From an uncultured Acidobacteriota bacterium (lineage in GTDB: Bacteria; Acidobacteriota; Thermoanaerobaculia; Multivoradales; UBA5704): 64,000 nt of DNA. Positions 49,284-60,100 of the stretch are shown piece by piece. Numbering within the stretch: position 1 is the first letter of the stretch; each line of letters opens with the position of its first letter. A program made the translations under genes and the position numbers. The notes beneath the pieces were generated by a model. That model was not told the origin of the DNA and made no database searches. It saw only the letters and a program-made list of their open reading frames with translations. The DNA is taken from positions 2,720,001 through 2,784,000 of the forward strand of contig OY969474.1 of NCBI GenBank assembly GCA_963700145.1. Reading direction: 5' to 3'.

Positions 49284-49898
49284 ATGACGCCACAGTTTCA
49301 ACAAGCAGTGAACTTCCATCGTAATCTTCCTGAGGACTTGTGGTTTGCGCTGGAGGGCTGCGGGATACCGTCCGCGCTCATCCACGCCCGTCTCATCGGG
49401 TGGGACGGAGAGGCAATCACCATCCCGGTCTTCTCGCGCGATCGAAAGGTCGTCGCCTTCGAGTACGCGAGCTTCGATGAGCAGGGCCGGCTCGCCTTGC
49501 TGCCTCAGGAGGGAGATCGCCTCTACCTCTACGGCGAGCCCGTCCTTAACCTCAATCCGCAGGAAGTTGTCCTGACAGAGGGAGTGGTCGAGAGCCTGCT
49601 CCTCTCCGGCCAGGGCTTCAATGCGATCTCGGCGACTGGAGACGGTTTGTCATTCCGGCCCGAGTGGGCGCCGGCACTCCGCAAAGTCCGGGAGTGCTTC
49701 ATCTGCTTCAAGCGCCACGCCGAGAGTATCGGCTCGGCGCTCATTGTCCGCGATCTCGTTCCAGAGGCGCGGATCGTGACGCTCCCGCCCGAGGTCGGTC
49801 ACGGCGGCGGGCTCTACGAGTTCTTCCTCGAACTGCAAGGGACGAAGGCGGACTTCCGGGCGCTCCTCAAACGGGCGGCCGATTCAACCGATGCCTGA
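49284..49898 (+). CDS. Toprim-domain primase-like protein
   Basis: ITIPV; LYG; VVLTEG..E.L...GF.AIS.TG. Confidence 0.7.
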   Translation: MTPQFQQAVNFHRNLPEDLWFALEGCGIPSALIHARLIGWDGEAITIPVFSRDRKVVAFEYASFDEQGRLALLPQEGDRLYLYGEPVLNLNPQEVVLTEGVVESLLLSGQGFNAISATGDGLSFRPEWAPALRKVRECFICFKRHAESIGSALIVRDLVPEARIVTLPPEVGHGGGLYEFFLELQGTKADFRALLKRAADSTDA

Positions 49899-51249
49899 CA
49901 ACGCCCCCAAGAGAACCCGGATACGGCCGGCTGTCTCCGCCATCTTGTCCTCCGGCGAGCTCCTCGAGACGGTGTATGACCCCGCCACGCCGGCGACAGG
50001 GTTTGTGGTCTTTGACGGCGCAGCGTGGCGAGTGGAGAAGCGAGTTGAGTTGCCCTCGGGAGTGAGCCTTGTCCCGTACTCGCCGGAGAACAACCTGCTG
50101 ACCCATCGGGTCGTGCTTCTCCCTTCTGCGCCGGAGGACTACGGCTCCGAGGAAGAGCTTCTCCTTGAAGTGCGCAAGTTCATCCACCGCTACGTCGACC
50201 TGGGCGAGCTGTTTGAGGAAGTCGCCGCCGCATACGTTCTCTTCACCTGGATCTACGACGCCTTCAACGAGGTGCCGTACCTGCGCGTGCGCGGCGACTA
50301 CGGCTCCGGCAAGTCCCGCTTTCTCCTCACCGTCGGCTCTCTCTGCTACAAGCCGATCTTCGCTTCGGGCGCCTCGACGGTCTCTCCCATCTTTCGCATC
50401 CTTGATGCGGTCCAAGGCACTCTCGTCATCGACGAAGGCGACTTCCGCGCCTCAGACGAGAAGGCCGACATCGTCAAGATTCTCAATAACGGCAACGCCC
50501 GCGGGTTCCCGGTGCTGCGAAGCGAACAGACACCGTCCAAGGAGTTCAACCCCCGGGCCTTTCACGTCTTCGGCCCCAAACTCATAGCGACTCGCAGCCT
50601 CTTCGACGATCGGGCGCTTGAGAGCCGCTGCCTCTCCGAGGACATGGGGATGCGGCCGCTGCGGAAGGACATCCCGATCAACCTGCCGGAGAGCTTTGAG
50701 GAAGAGGCCCGAACACTCCGCAACAAGCTCCTTCTGTACCGCCTCCAAACCCGCGGAAAGAGCCGAGACCTCACCGCGGCCCTGCCCGCAGGTCTTGAGC
50801 CGCGCCTGAGCCAGATCCTCGTACCACTGCTCTCGACCGTCTCAAGTGAAGAGACGCGAGAACGGCTCCTCTCGCTTGCCCGCCGATCAGGCCAGGCGCT
50901 TTCAGCCGAGCGCGCCATGGCGATCGAGGCCGAGGTGCTCGCGGTCCTGCACGAGCTCCGCGCGGAGGGTCTGCCGCTGTCGGTTTCCGAGATCACCAAG
51001 CGCTTTGCCGATCGCCACGCTGCCGAGTATGAGTACGTCGTGACGCCCCGCTGGATCGGCTCGGTCCTAAGGCGAAAGCTCATGCTCACCCCGCAGAAGC
51101 GCGGCGGCACCTTCGTCATCCCGGCTTCCGAGCACCCCAAACTCGCACGGCTCTTCGAGAAGTACAGCGTGCCTTCGGAGCAGGACATTGGGGACGTTGG
51201 GGATGTCCCACAGGATGACGGCGGCGAGAGCCTAAGCACGGAAACATAA
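49891..51249 (+). CDS. P-loop ATPase, putative replication helicase/initiator
   Basis: PYL...GDYGSGKS (Walker A), LVIDEGD (Walker B), ALESRC. Confidence 0.75.
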   Translation: MPDNAPKRTRIRPAVSAILSSGELLETVYDPATPATGFVVFDGAAWRVEKRVELPSGVSLVPYSPENNLLTHRVVLLPSAPEDYGSEEELLLEVRKFIHRYVDLGELFEEVAAAYVLFTWIYDAFNEVPYLRVRGDYGSGKSRFLLTVGSLCYKPIFASGASTVSPIFRILDAVQGTLVIDEGDFRASDEKADIVKILNNGNARGFPVLRSEQTPSKEFNPRAFHVFGPKLIATRSLFDDRALESRCLSEDMGMRPLRKDIPINLPESFEEEARTLRNKLLLYRLQTRGKSRDLTAALPAGLEPRLSQILVPLLSTVSSEETRERLLSLARRSGQALSAERAMAIEAEVLAVLHELRAEGLPLSVSEITKRFADRHAAEYEYVVTPRWIGSVLRRKLMLTPQKRGGTFVIPASEHPKLARLFEKYSVPSEQDIGDVGDVPQDDGGESLSTET

Positions 51250-51300
51250 GGCTTCCCGGCCCGCCTGCCCCGTAGAACGTCCCCAACGTCCCCAACGTCC
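51183..51300. repeat. Two inverted arrays of 9-bp iterons (GGACGTTGG / AACGTCCCC); putative origin
   Basis: 51183-51206 and 51276-51300 face each other across the ATPase stop codon. Confidence 0.65.
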
Positions 51301-51380
51301 TATCTCCTCCTCCCAAAACCTGCCGACTCCGGCAGCTTTTTACGCCTTGCATTTGACTTCATGTCAAGTAAGTTGTCACG

Positions 51381-51761
51381 GTGGATATGACATTCACACC
51401 ATTACAAAACTATCTCCGTACCCACCGTAGGCGAAATCACCTGTCGCAGGACGAGGTTGCCTTCCTCATGGGGGTCGCGACCGGCAGTCGGGTCACGCGG
51501 CATGAAGGAAGCGACCGGATTCCCACGCTCCAGGTCGCGCTTGGCTACGAGTTGCTCTTTGGCGTGCCCATGCGGGAGCTCTTCACCGGCGAAGTGCACA
51601 AGGTCGAATCCATTATCAGAGAACGCTTACCCGAGCTGATCCGGCGTACCAAGGAAGAGAGCCCGGAAAATGTGCAGAAGCTCTCCTTTCTCCACGGTCT
51701 CGCTGGGCGGCTTGCAAGCCAAAATGAAAAGCATTCACGCAGTGAGGACGTTAGCGCTTGA
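51381..51761 (+). CDS. XRE-family HTH regulator
   Basis: NYLRTHRRR..LSQDEVAFL.G....V.RHE...R.P. Confidence 0.85.
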   Translation: MDMTFTPLQNYLRTHRRRNHLSQDEVAFLMGVATGSRVTRHEGSDRIPTLQVALGYELLFGVPMRELFTGEVHKVESIIRERLPELIRRTKEESPENVQKLSFLHGLAGRLASQNEKHSRSEDVSA

Positions 51762-52218
51762 CTCCACGACTCCCGGCTTTGCGTTTGCGGCGCTTGAAGG
51801 AAGCGGGCACCTGGTTGACTGGGGGCTGGTGCACATGGCGGTGCAAGACGCCGGGGCATACCGAAGCCGGATCGAGAAGCTCCTGGACCGGGTGAACCCA
51901 CAGGTCCTCGTCGTCGAAGACATGAGTGACTCCCGACGCAGCGGCCGAGCACCCAGGCGCGCGGACATTGCAGAGAAGTGCGCAAGAACCCGCGGCATTG
52001 CGGTAAAGAGAGTCAGTCGCGCCGACGTCAAGCAGATGTTTGCCGCGTCAGGAACGACCAAATGGGAGATCGCAGCTGCGGTCTCACGCTTCTTTCCTGA
52101 GCTTTCGCCGAGCCTCCCGAAGAAGCGGCGAATCTGGGAGACCGAGGACCGGCGCATGGCAATCTTCAGCGCAGCATCGTTTGCCCTCACGTTCCTGCGA
52201 ACACGAGAAGTGGAGTAG
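51724..52218 (+). CDS. RNase H/RuvC-like fold protein
   Basis: TLALDS...GFAFA; LVVED; TK.EIA. Confidence 0.55.
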   Translation: MKSIHAVRTLALDSTTPGFAFAALEGSGHLVDWGLVHMAVQDAGAYRSRIEKLLDRVNPQVLVVEDMSDSRRSGRAPRRADIAEKCARTRGIAVKRVSRADVKQMFAASGTTKWEIAAAVSRFFPELSPSLPKKRRIWETEDRRMAIFSAASFALTFLRTREVE

Positions 52219-52359
52219 AGGTAGGTAGCGTACGGTGGATTTGACTAGGTGTCCTTACGGAGAGGGCACACACGCTTTCCCGCGAAGAACGGGGGAGCTT
52301 TGGCGTGCGTCAGAAAAGGACGCCTTGGAAGGAGAGGGGCAGTCCATCACGATGGGCGG

Positions 52360-53559
52360 ATGCACTCCGAGGACCGCATCACGTACTTCGCCCGCACCAA
52401 CCACCGCAACACGCGGAGGCTCTTTGGCATTCGCAGGCGCGATCGGCTCATGCACCTCTACACCATCGGCCGAACCGGCACGGGAAAGTCCACGCTTCTG
52501 AAGACCCTCATCCTCCAGGATCTTGAGGCCGGCGAGGGCCTGGCGCTCTTTGATCCGCACGGGGACCTGGTGGAGGAGGTGGTGGAGCTCGTGCCCACCG
52601 CTCGGCGGAAGGACCTTCTCTACCTCAACGTCCCGGACAGCCGCTGCCGCTTCTCGTTCAATCCCTTCGCCGGCGTTCCTGCCGGCAAGCGAGCGCTCGC
52701 GGCCGCCGGCATGGTCGAGGTCTTTAAGAAGCTCTGGCCGGACGACTGGGGACCGCGGCTCGAACACCTGCTCCGAAACACCGTCTTCACGCTCCTCGAG
52801 ACGCCGGGAGCCAGCCTTGCCGATATCCCGCGTCTCCTTGCCGACCGGGAGTACCGCCGAGAGGTGGTCGCCGGCGTCACCAACCAAGAGGTCCGCGCCT
52901 TCTGGCGCGACGAGTACGAGCGCTACAGTCCTGGCATGCGGGGAGTGGTGGTGGCGCCCCTGCAGAACAAGGTCGGAGCGTTCCTGACCGACCCGCGGCT
53001 GCGGGAAATCCTCGGGGCCGAGGAGTCGAGCTTCGATCTACGCGAGATCATGGATGAGGGCAAGATACTGCTGGTCAATCTCGCCCGCGGGCGGATCGGC
53101 GAGGGGCCGGCGGCGCTCCTGGGATCGCTCCTCGTCTCCTGCCTGAGCCTTGCGGCCTTCGGCAGAGAAGAGCAGCCGCAGGAAGAGCGCCGCGACTTCT
53201 ACCTTTACCTCGACGAGTTCCACACCTTCGCCACTCTGACCCTGGCGACCATGCTCTCCGAGCTGCGGAAGTACCGGGTGGGACTTGTGCTAGCCCACCA
53301 GTACCTCTCCCAGCTTGAGACGGAGGTCCGGGATGCGGTCTTCGGGAACGTGGGGACGTTCGTCAGCTTCCGGGTGGGAGCGCTCGACGCGCCGACGATC
53401 GCCCGGGAGCTCGCGCCGACGTTTGAGTCTGAGGACCTGATCTCCCTGCCTAACTACCGCATCTACCTGCGGCTAATGATCCGAGGAGAGCCGAGCAAGC
53501 CATTCAGCGCCACGACCACCCACGAGAAGCTGTTGACGCCGGCGGCGGCGCCCGGTTAG
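52360..53559 (+). CDS. VirD4/TraD (HerA-like) coupling ATPase
   Basis: GRTGTGKST; DPHGD; LYLDEF; ELRKY; AHQ. Confidence 0.85.
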   Translation: MHSEDRITYFARTNHRNTRRLFGIRRRDRLMHLYTIGRTGTGKSTLLKTLILQDLEAGEGLALFDPHGDLVEEVVELVPTARRKDLLYLNVPDSRCRFSFNPFAGVPAGKRALAAAGMVEVFKKLWPDDWGPRLEHLLRNTVFTLLETPGASLADIPRLLADREYRREVVAGVTNQEVRAFWRDEYERYSPGMRGVVVAPLQNKVGAFLTDPRLREILGAEESSFDLREIMDEGKILLVNLARGRIGEGPAALLGSLLVSCLSLAAFGREEQPQEERRDFYLYLDEFHTFATLTLATMLSELRKYRVGLVLAHQYLSQLETEVRDAVFGNVGTFVSFRVGALDAPTIARELAPTFESEDLISLPNYRIYLRLMIRGEPSKPFSATTTHEKLLTPAAAPG

Positions 53560-53853
53560 GCTTTCGCCAACTTAGGTAAGGTTGAGCTGGGCATAGAGGG
53601 AGGGGTCTTCCGGTTGAGAGTAGCTATGCAGCTCAAAGAAGGGAACCAGCCATCTGTGCCGCGCCGCGTCGGCACCGGCTCCAGAGGGCCGTACCTGCGA
53701 TGGTCAGTCGGTTCCCGTACACCTTGCTCCCGGGTCCCAGTTTCCCCCTCTCAGTCCACCCGCCGCCACCACCTGACACAAGTACTCAGCGCGTAACCTG
53801 ATGACTCGATACACCAATAATTCCACCTTGACGTCGCAAGAGCGAGGTATATC

Positions 53854-54729
53854 ATGGAGACAATGGCAACAAACCCAGTCGAGCTCCATCCTGTACCGGC
53901 GAAATATGCAGTCATGCGCCAGAAATGCGAACAACATCTTCAACAAGCCAAGGAGTCGCCGCTCTATGATCGTCTAGTCCTCCCCTTGGCAAAAAGGTGG
54001 GGCTACTCCTCCTCATATGTGGAGGATGCGTTCAAGAAATACAATCTTGAGATCAATGACTATGGCAATGATATTTACTCCGGCCTACCTTCTCGGTTCG
54101 CGCTGCTCCTGAACTACCTCCTCGACGAAGGTTGGTTCGCGGAGCGTCTTGCCTACTACGAGAGGGTCGCCGCGCCATTCTCGACCATCATTGATGTCGG
54201 GTTCGGCATCCCCTTGCTGCACCTACAATGGCTGAAAACGTTCGCCGTTCCGGTTGATTTGAAGCATCTCCTGCTCCTTGACAAGTTTCCTATCGCTCAT
54301 GATTTCGCGCAGGGCTTCATTGATGTTGCCGAGGCCACATCTCCAACGCTCCGCGATGTGGTAACATGCGACTACTCCTCAGTCGACCTTGATAAGGCAG
54401 AGAGGCATCTCCATCTCGCACCTCACACGAATGGCCACTCTTTGGTTGTAGCTCTTGACTGTATCGAGCATGCCCGAGACCCCCACGCTGCCCTCTCAGG
54501 TCTTGCGGCCACCTATGCTGGGTGTGAATTCTTAATCGCCCTTCCTCTCGGTCCGATAATTCCTCAGCACACCGTTGAGTTCCTCTCTGAAGACGAGATC
54601 ACCGCCTTCGTCTCCAAGGCGTCCCTCACGGTAGAAAGCTCGTATCTTGTACGGACCTCATGGGCGCGCGATGTGATCGGCAATGAGGATTTCGAGGGAT
54701 CGGTGTTTGTCCGAGCGAAGGCGACTTAG
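53854..54729 (+). CDS. SAM-dependent methyltransferase-like protein
   Basis: IIDVGFG; LLLDK; LDCIEH..DP; low GC. Confidence 0.6.
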   Translation: METMATNPVELHPVPAKYAVMRQKCEQHLQQAKESPLYDRLVLPLAKRWGYSSSYVEDAFKKYNLEINDYGNDIYSGLPSRFALLLNYLLDEGWFAERLAYYERVAAPFSTIIDVGFGIPLLHLQWLKTFAVPVDLKHLLLLDKFPIAHDFAQGFIDVAEATSPTLRDVVTCDYSSVDLDKAERHLHLAPHTNGHSLVVALDCIEHARDPHAALSGLAATYAGCEFLIALPLGPIIPQHTVEFLSEDEITAFVSKASLTVESSYLVRTSWARDVIGNEDFEGSVFVRAKAT

Positions 54730-54750
54730 AACGATATCACGGAGCTCACC

Positions 54751-55446
54751 ATGACGACCAACCACTCTCGGTACCTGGATACTCTTACAGCACTCTTTGC
54801 GGCCTTCGCTATCATCTCTGGGGTTGTTGCCGGCAAGATTTTCATTATCGGCGGCGTGTCGCTGCCCGGTTCAGCCGTGATTTTTCCGATGACTTACATC
54901 TTCGGCGACATCCTGACCGAAGTCTATGGGTTTCAAAGGTCGAGACGGGTTATTTGGATCGGGCTGCTCTGCTCCATGCTTGCTAGCATCATTTTCGGAA
55001 TCGTTGCCTTGCTTCCTCCGGCGCCCGGCTTCGATGCAAATGCTGCGTTCGTAAGGGTACTTGGCCAGGTGCCGAGAATTGCCGTCGCCGGGTGGATAGC
55101 TTTCTTCCTCGGTGAGATGTCAAACTCGGTCATACTATCACTCATGAAAAAGGCTACGCGCGGCAGATTCCTATGGATGCGAACGATCGGTTCGACCATG
55201 GTTGGTGAATTGATTGACACTGGACTGTTTTTTACCCTCGCCTTTTGGGGCGTGCTGCCGACCAGTCTAATACTGAACACAATTTGGGGACTCTATCTCT
55301 GGAAAGTTGTGGTGGAGGTAGTCCTTACCCCGGCGACCTATTGGGTGATTAGACACTTGAAGATGGTAGATCAAAGCGATGTTTACGATTATGGCGAGAG
55401 GTACAACCCTTTTCGATTTGGGACAACACGGCGGCCATCCGAGTAA
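54751..55446 (+). CDS. yhhQ: Queuosine precursor transporter (YhhQ/VUT family)
   Basis: FP.TYIFGDILTEVYG...SRRVIW.G; LWMRTIGST.VG..IDT..F..LAF; K...E...TP.TY. Confidence 0.88.
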   Translation: MTTNHSRYLDTLTALFAAFAIISGVVAGKIFIIGGVSLPGSAVIFPMTYIFGDILTEVYGFQRSRRVIWIGLLCSMLASIIFGIVALLPPAPGFDANAAFVRVLGQVPRIAVAGWIAFFLGEMSNSVILSLMKKATRGRFLWMRTIGSTMVGELIDTGLFFTLAFWGVLPTSLILNTIWGLYLWKVVVEVVLTPATYWVIRHLKMVDQSDVYDYGERYNPFRFGTTRRPSE

Positions 55447-55507
55447 GTCCCCCTTCGCTGAGCGCTTCTCGGCGATTTTGAGAATGATTTAGGGAGGTTC
55501 GTTCCCC

Positions 55508-56407
55508 ATGAGTGGACGCACGAGTGGAAATTGGAGGCTACAGCCGCTACGGCTAGCCGAGCTTGTCTATTACAGCCTCTTCATACACGCCATTGCGATT
55601 CATTTCTTTGGTGACGGCCTACGAGTCGTTGGTAGCGGCATCCAGTTTGATAAACTGACTGCTGCGCCCGATCAAATCATAGCGCGATCCTTGTGGGCTC
55701 TCTGCTTTCTATGCATACTCGGATTTGCTGCCTTTCAATTCGTTCGCGTGTATGCTCGAATCGGAGTTGACGATGAGACCATAGCGGAGGCCTATCCGGC
55801 ACTCAAGAATGACGACTTCAATGACGGCGCTTATTATCGGAGGTTCGGTCGCCTTATCGACTGGCTGTTGCGCTGCTTGGCGTTGGTGGTTCTACTGGAC
55901 ATTGAGCACCGCTCCGTTGCGCGCCTGACGACGCCACAGCCGGATACTTTCCAGGAGTTTTGGAAGCTATGGGTATTGGACATTGGTAGCCTATATTTCG
56001 TCCTGGGTATGTATAGCCTCCTGATTGCACTACCTCGGTGGCGCAAATCCCAGAACAAGGCAGCGAGTTCGCAGGCGGGTGGCTGGTTTATTACAGATCT
56101 TCTAATGATTGCCACCTGGGCGCTTTTCGGGATTGGATTGTGGTTCGCGGCGCATGCAGTGCTCGTTCCACTCGTATGCGGTGTAGGATGCATGGTCCTT
56201 ATGTTTTTTGTCTGGAGGACGGAACGAGGTAGACCTCTCCTAGAGCCGTCACTGAGGTATCTGCAGCAATATTCGATCGGGAAGAGCATGTTGTCCGTGA
56301 GTTTGATCATCGTGGTTTTTGAGACTCTGGAGTACGCCGGTGGTGCTGGGCATGTCTTTGGAAGGGGTGTGGACCTCGTAAGAGCGGTGGGTAGCACTCT
56401 CTTCTAG
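55508..56407 (+). CDS. Hypothetical polytopic membrane protein
   Basis: About 7 hydrophobic helices; low GC. Confidence 0.65.
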   Translation: MSGRTSGNWRLQPLRLAELVYYSLFIHAIAIHFFGDGLRVVGSGIQFDKLTAAPDQIIARSLWALCFLCILGFAAFQFVRVYARIGVDDETIAEAYPALKNDDFNDGAYYRRFGRLIDWLLRCLALVVLLDIEHRSVARLTTPQPDTFQEFWKLWVLDIGSLYFVLGMYSLLIALPRWRKSQNKAASSQAGGWFITDLLMIATWALFGIGLWFAAHAVLVPLVCGVGCMVLMFFVWRTERGRPLLEPSLRYLQQYSIGKSMLSVSLIIVVFETLEYAGGAGHVFGRGVDLVRAVGSTLF

Positions 56408-56501
56408 TTGGTGTTCGCGAATGCGCTGCCATGGCGGGCGGGCCTGTCGTTTGATTCATTGCGGTCACAGGTAGTGGAGTTTAGACTGGGGGAGAGTAAA
56501 A

Positions 56502-57194
56502 GTGGCAAATGCCGCTGATAGAGTAGTCATCTCGCACTGGCACACCCTCTTCGAGGAGTTCTCGACCTCGACACAGGAGTTCTACCGAGCCGTGGAAGCG
56601 GCGGTCCAGCAGCGTAACCTTCCTGAAGTGACGCTCTCGCGAGTACTCTTTAGAGAAGGCGGGATCGCCACGGCAGAACGCGAGTACCTCCGGGTGCAGC
56701 GCAAGCGCATCGCCTTCGACATCTGCTCGGCACCGTACGGACGCGGTCACTTTTTTTCCTGGTGGCTCGCTCGGATTCCGCCACAGTATGGCCTGTTTGC
56801 CGCAATGGGCGTCTTCTTCGTGGCGATGGGCCTCACTTGGATACTGCACCTCATTCTTTCCCCGCTGCTGCCGAGCGATAGTTTCGCTGCTATCGCGGTG
56901 AGAGTGATATTCCCACTCGTCCTGTACCTCCTGGTCCTCCTGGTCATGGGGTATTTCGTCGAGCAAGGAACGCTTGGGGACGAGGAGTGGGTGATGTCGC
57001 TGCCAATCGTGGGCCGGCTCTACGTCCTTGTCTTCAATCCCTTGACCTACTACCGCCAGGACACGGCGATGATGTTTCGCGATTCGATCCGGTCAGCGGT
57101 GAACGAGGTCATCGACGGACTTCTTTCTGGCCAGGGCTTGCGCGCTTTGACGGAGGACCAGAAGCTCCCGGGCATCCGTGACCTTGCCGGTTAA
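56502..57194 (+). CDS. Hypothetical membrane protein immediately upstream of the large ATPase
   Basis: Two TM helices; REYLRV; TYYRQDT. Confidence 0.7.
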   Translation: MANAADRVVISHWHTLFEEFSTSTQEFYRAVEAAVQQRNLPEVTLSRVLFREGGIATAEREYLRVQRKRIAFDICSAPYGRGHFFSWWLARIPPQYGLFAAMGVFFVAMGLTWILHLILSPLLPSDSFAAIAVRVIFPLVLYLLVLLVMGYFVEQGTLGDEEWVMSLPIVGRLYVLVFNPLTYYRQDTAMMFRDSIRSAVNEVIDGLLSGQGLRALTEDQKLPGIRDLAG

Positions 57195-57199
57195 CCGGC

Positions 57200-60100
57200 A
57201 TGCTCATTGACTCGCGGACGGTCGAGCTCACCCGACGCTTCTACGAATGGGAGCTGCGGGGACGCGGCTGGGCGACCTACCCGTACCCGGTGGCGCTCGA
57301 GCCGCCGTTCCAGCCGTTCTTCTCCCACCACATCTCGACCGTCGTCGTCGACGACGGCAGGCGACACTCGCGGCTCTCCTCCCTCATCGAGAGACTTCAG
57401 GGCGTTCAGGAGGCGCCAAGAGATTTGCCTGCGGCGCTCCCGGAACCGCAGACCGCGGCCGACCTCCGGTTCGACGAGACCGCTCTCGCCGAGTTCGTGG
57501 TCGCCTTGCCTGAAGGCACCCGCGTCGCACGAGGTGCGCTTCTCGGCTTTCTGCGAGCGCTCGCAAGCGTAGGGCGGCGGATCGCGTTCGAGCTGCTCGG
57601 AGGGGACAAACGCGTCGAGGTCCGCCTCGCCATGGCGCGGGACGACGCCCCGCACGTGCTCGGCCAGCTCAGGGCCGCCTTTCCTGCGGCCGTCGTGGTC
57701 GGCGCCGGCGAGTCGCTGCGGGAGAAGTGGAACAAGGACGAAGGCGCCTTTGTCGCGATCGAATTTGGCCTCGCCTGCGAGTTCATGGTGCCGCTCTCGG
57801 GTCGCACCTCCGACGAACCTCTCCTGCCCCTCATTGCGGCCCTCGCCGATGTAGAGGCCGGTGAGCTTGGCCTCGTTCAGGTGCTCTTCGAAGAGACGCG
57901 CGAGCCCTGGGCGGCGAGCATCCTGCGCTCCGTGGTGACGCACACGGGTCAACCATTCTTCGCCGACGCGCCGGAAGTCACAGCCCTTGCCAAGGAGAAG
58001 ATCGCATCGCCGCTCTTCGCCGTCGCCCTTAGAATCGCGGGCGCAGCTCCACGCGGCGACCGGGCCTGGGACATTGTCCGTCGACTCGCCGGCGGCCTGG
58101 CGCAGTTCGGCAGTCCGCGGACGAACGAGTTCATGCCCTTGCCTCCCTCCAACCCGGAAGTCCTTGCCGAAAATCTCCTCAACCGGACGACCCACCGACC
58201 TGGAATGCTCCTCTCGGCCGAGGAGCTCCTGTCGCTGATTCAGCTCCCCGGCGCCGGCGTCCAAGTGCCGGAGCTCTGGCGAGGAGGGCAGAGATCGAAG
58301 CGGGCGCCGGCGGAAGTCAGCGGTCCCGGCTGCCTCTTGGGCCGCAATGAGCACGCCGGGGAGAGCGTGGAAGTGCGGCTTCCGGTCGACGCGAAGACCA
58401 AGCATGTCCACGTGGTGGGCGGCTCCGGCACCGGCAAGTCGACGCTTCTCGTCCGCATGATCCTTGAGGACATCGAGGCCGGGCATGGGATCGGGGTCCT
58501 TGACCCTCATGGCGACCTCGTCGACGAGGTGGCCGCGCGGGTACCCGACTCGCGCCTCGACGACGTCGTCCTCTTCGATCCCAGCAACGAGGAGACGGCG
58601 GTCGGCTGGAACATCCTTCGCGCGCAGTCGGAGAGCGAGAAGGACCTTCTCTCCTCCGACCTCGTGGGCGTCTTCCGCCGCCTCTCGACGTCCTGGGGAG
58701 ACCAGATGACGGCGGTCCTCGGCAACGCCATCTTGGTCTTCCTTGAGAGTGAGCGCGGGGGAACGCTCCCCGACCTCCGCCGCTTCTTGATCGACGAGAG
58801 CTTCCGGAGGGAGATGCTCGGCACGGTCACCGATCCCTACATCCGGTCCTTCTGGCAGACGGAGTTCCCGCTTCTCGTGGGCAAGCGGCCGCAGGCGCCC
58901 ATCCTCACGCGGCTCGACAGCTTCCTGCGCTCGAAGCTCGTGCGCCGCGTGGTGACGGCAGCGGAGCCCACGCTCGACTTCCGGAAGCTCACGGACAGCG
59001 GGATGATCTTCCTCGGCAAGCTCGCCGCCGGCGCGATCGGCGAGGAGAACGCGGCACTTCTGGGATCGCTCCTGGTCTCGAAGTTCCACCAGGTGACGCT
59101 CGGGCGCGAGGCGCAGGCGATCGAGGCGCGGCGGCCGTTCTTCCTCTACATCGACGAGTTCCACCACGTCGCGACCCCCTCGATGGCGTCGCTCTTCTCC
59201 GGCGCGAGGAAGTACCGGCTGGGTCTGACGGTCGCCCATCAGGACCTCTACCAGCTCCACCACTCGATCCCTGAAGTGGAGCGCGCGCTCCTCGGAAACG
59301 CCTACACGCGCATCTGCTTCCGGGTCGGTGAGGACGATGCCCGAGCGCTCGAACGCGGCTTCAGCTTCTTCACGGCCGAAGACCTCATGAGGCTGGGCCT
59401 CGGCGAGGCGATCTGCCGCGTGGGCGGTCGCGACCGGGACTTCAACCTCTCGGTCGAGCGCTTGCCGGCTCTCGACCCTGCCGAGGCGCTCGGGCGGCGA
59501 CAGGCCCTGCGCGACCACTCGGCCCGGCGCTTCGCGCGACGACCCGTCGAAGCCCCGACGATGGGAGACGCGCCAGCGCCTGAGGCGGTGACGGCTCCCC
59601 GGAGTCTCGACGCGCCCGAGGTCGCTCCCGCCCCAACGCCGATTCGGGGAGAGGCGGTTGCGGAGCAAGTGAGCCGAGTGGAGCGCGAGCCGCCCATAGA
59701 TAAGCTCACACTCGATTACCTGACCCTCGTCGCGTCCTCCCCGTTCCTCACCGTGCGGGAGCGCAACCGCGCGCTTGGCCTAAGCGCCTGGCGAGGGCAG
59801 CGCTTGAAGAGCGCGATCCTGCGGGACGCTCTCGCGCAAGAGGTGGTGGTGAACCCCGGCGGCCGCGGCGAACGCTTCAAGCTCCTCGACCTCACCGCGG
59901 AGGGCCGCACCCTCCTTGCGCGCTACGGAGTGTCTCTCTCCGGGGGTCACGGCCGCGGCGGGCTTGCGCATCAGTGGTGGGCGCAGAAGATCGCCGCATG
60001 GCTTGCCGAGCGCGGGATGGATGCCAGGATCGAGGACCCCTCCTCCGGCGCGCGGGTGGACCTCACCTTCCCGCTTGAGGGCGGGAGCGTTGCCGTCGAG

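Noticed and set aside
53560-53853. preQ1 riboswitch upstream of the yhhQ cassette
   Set aside because: A GGTTC..ACACC-like stretch exists, but it lacks the A-rich tail and a convincing P1 stem.
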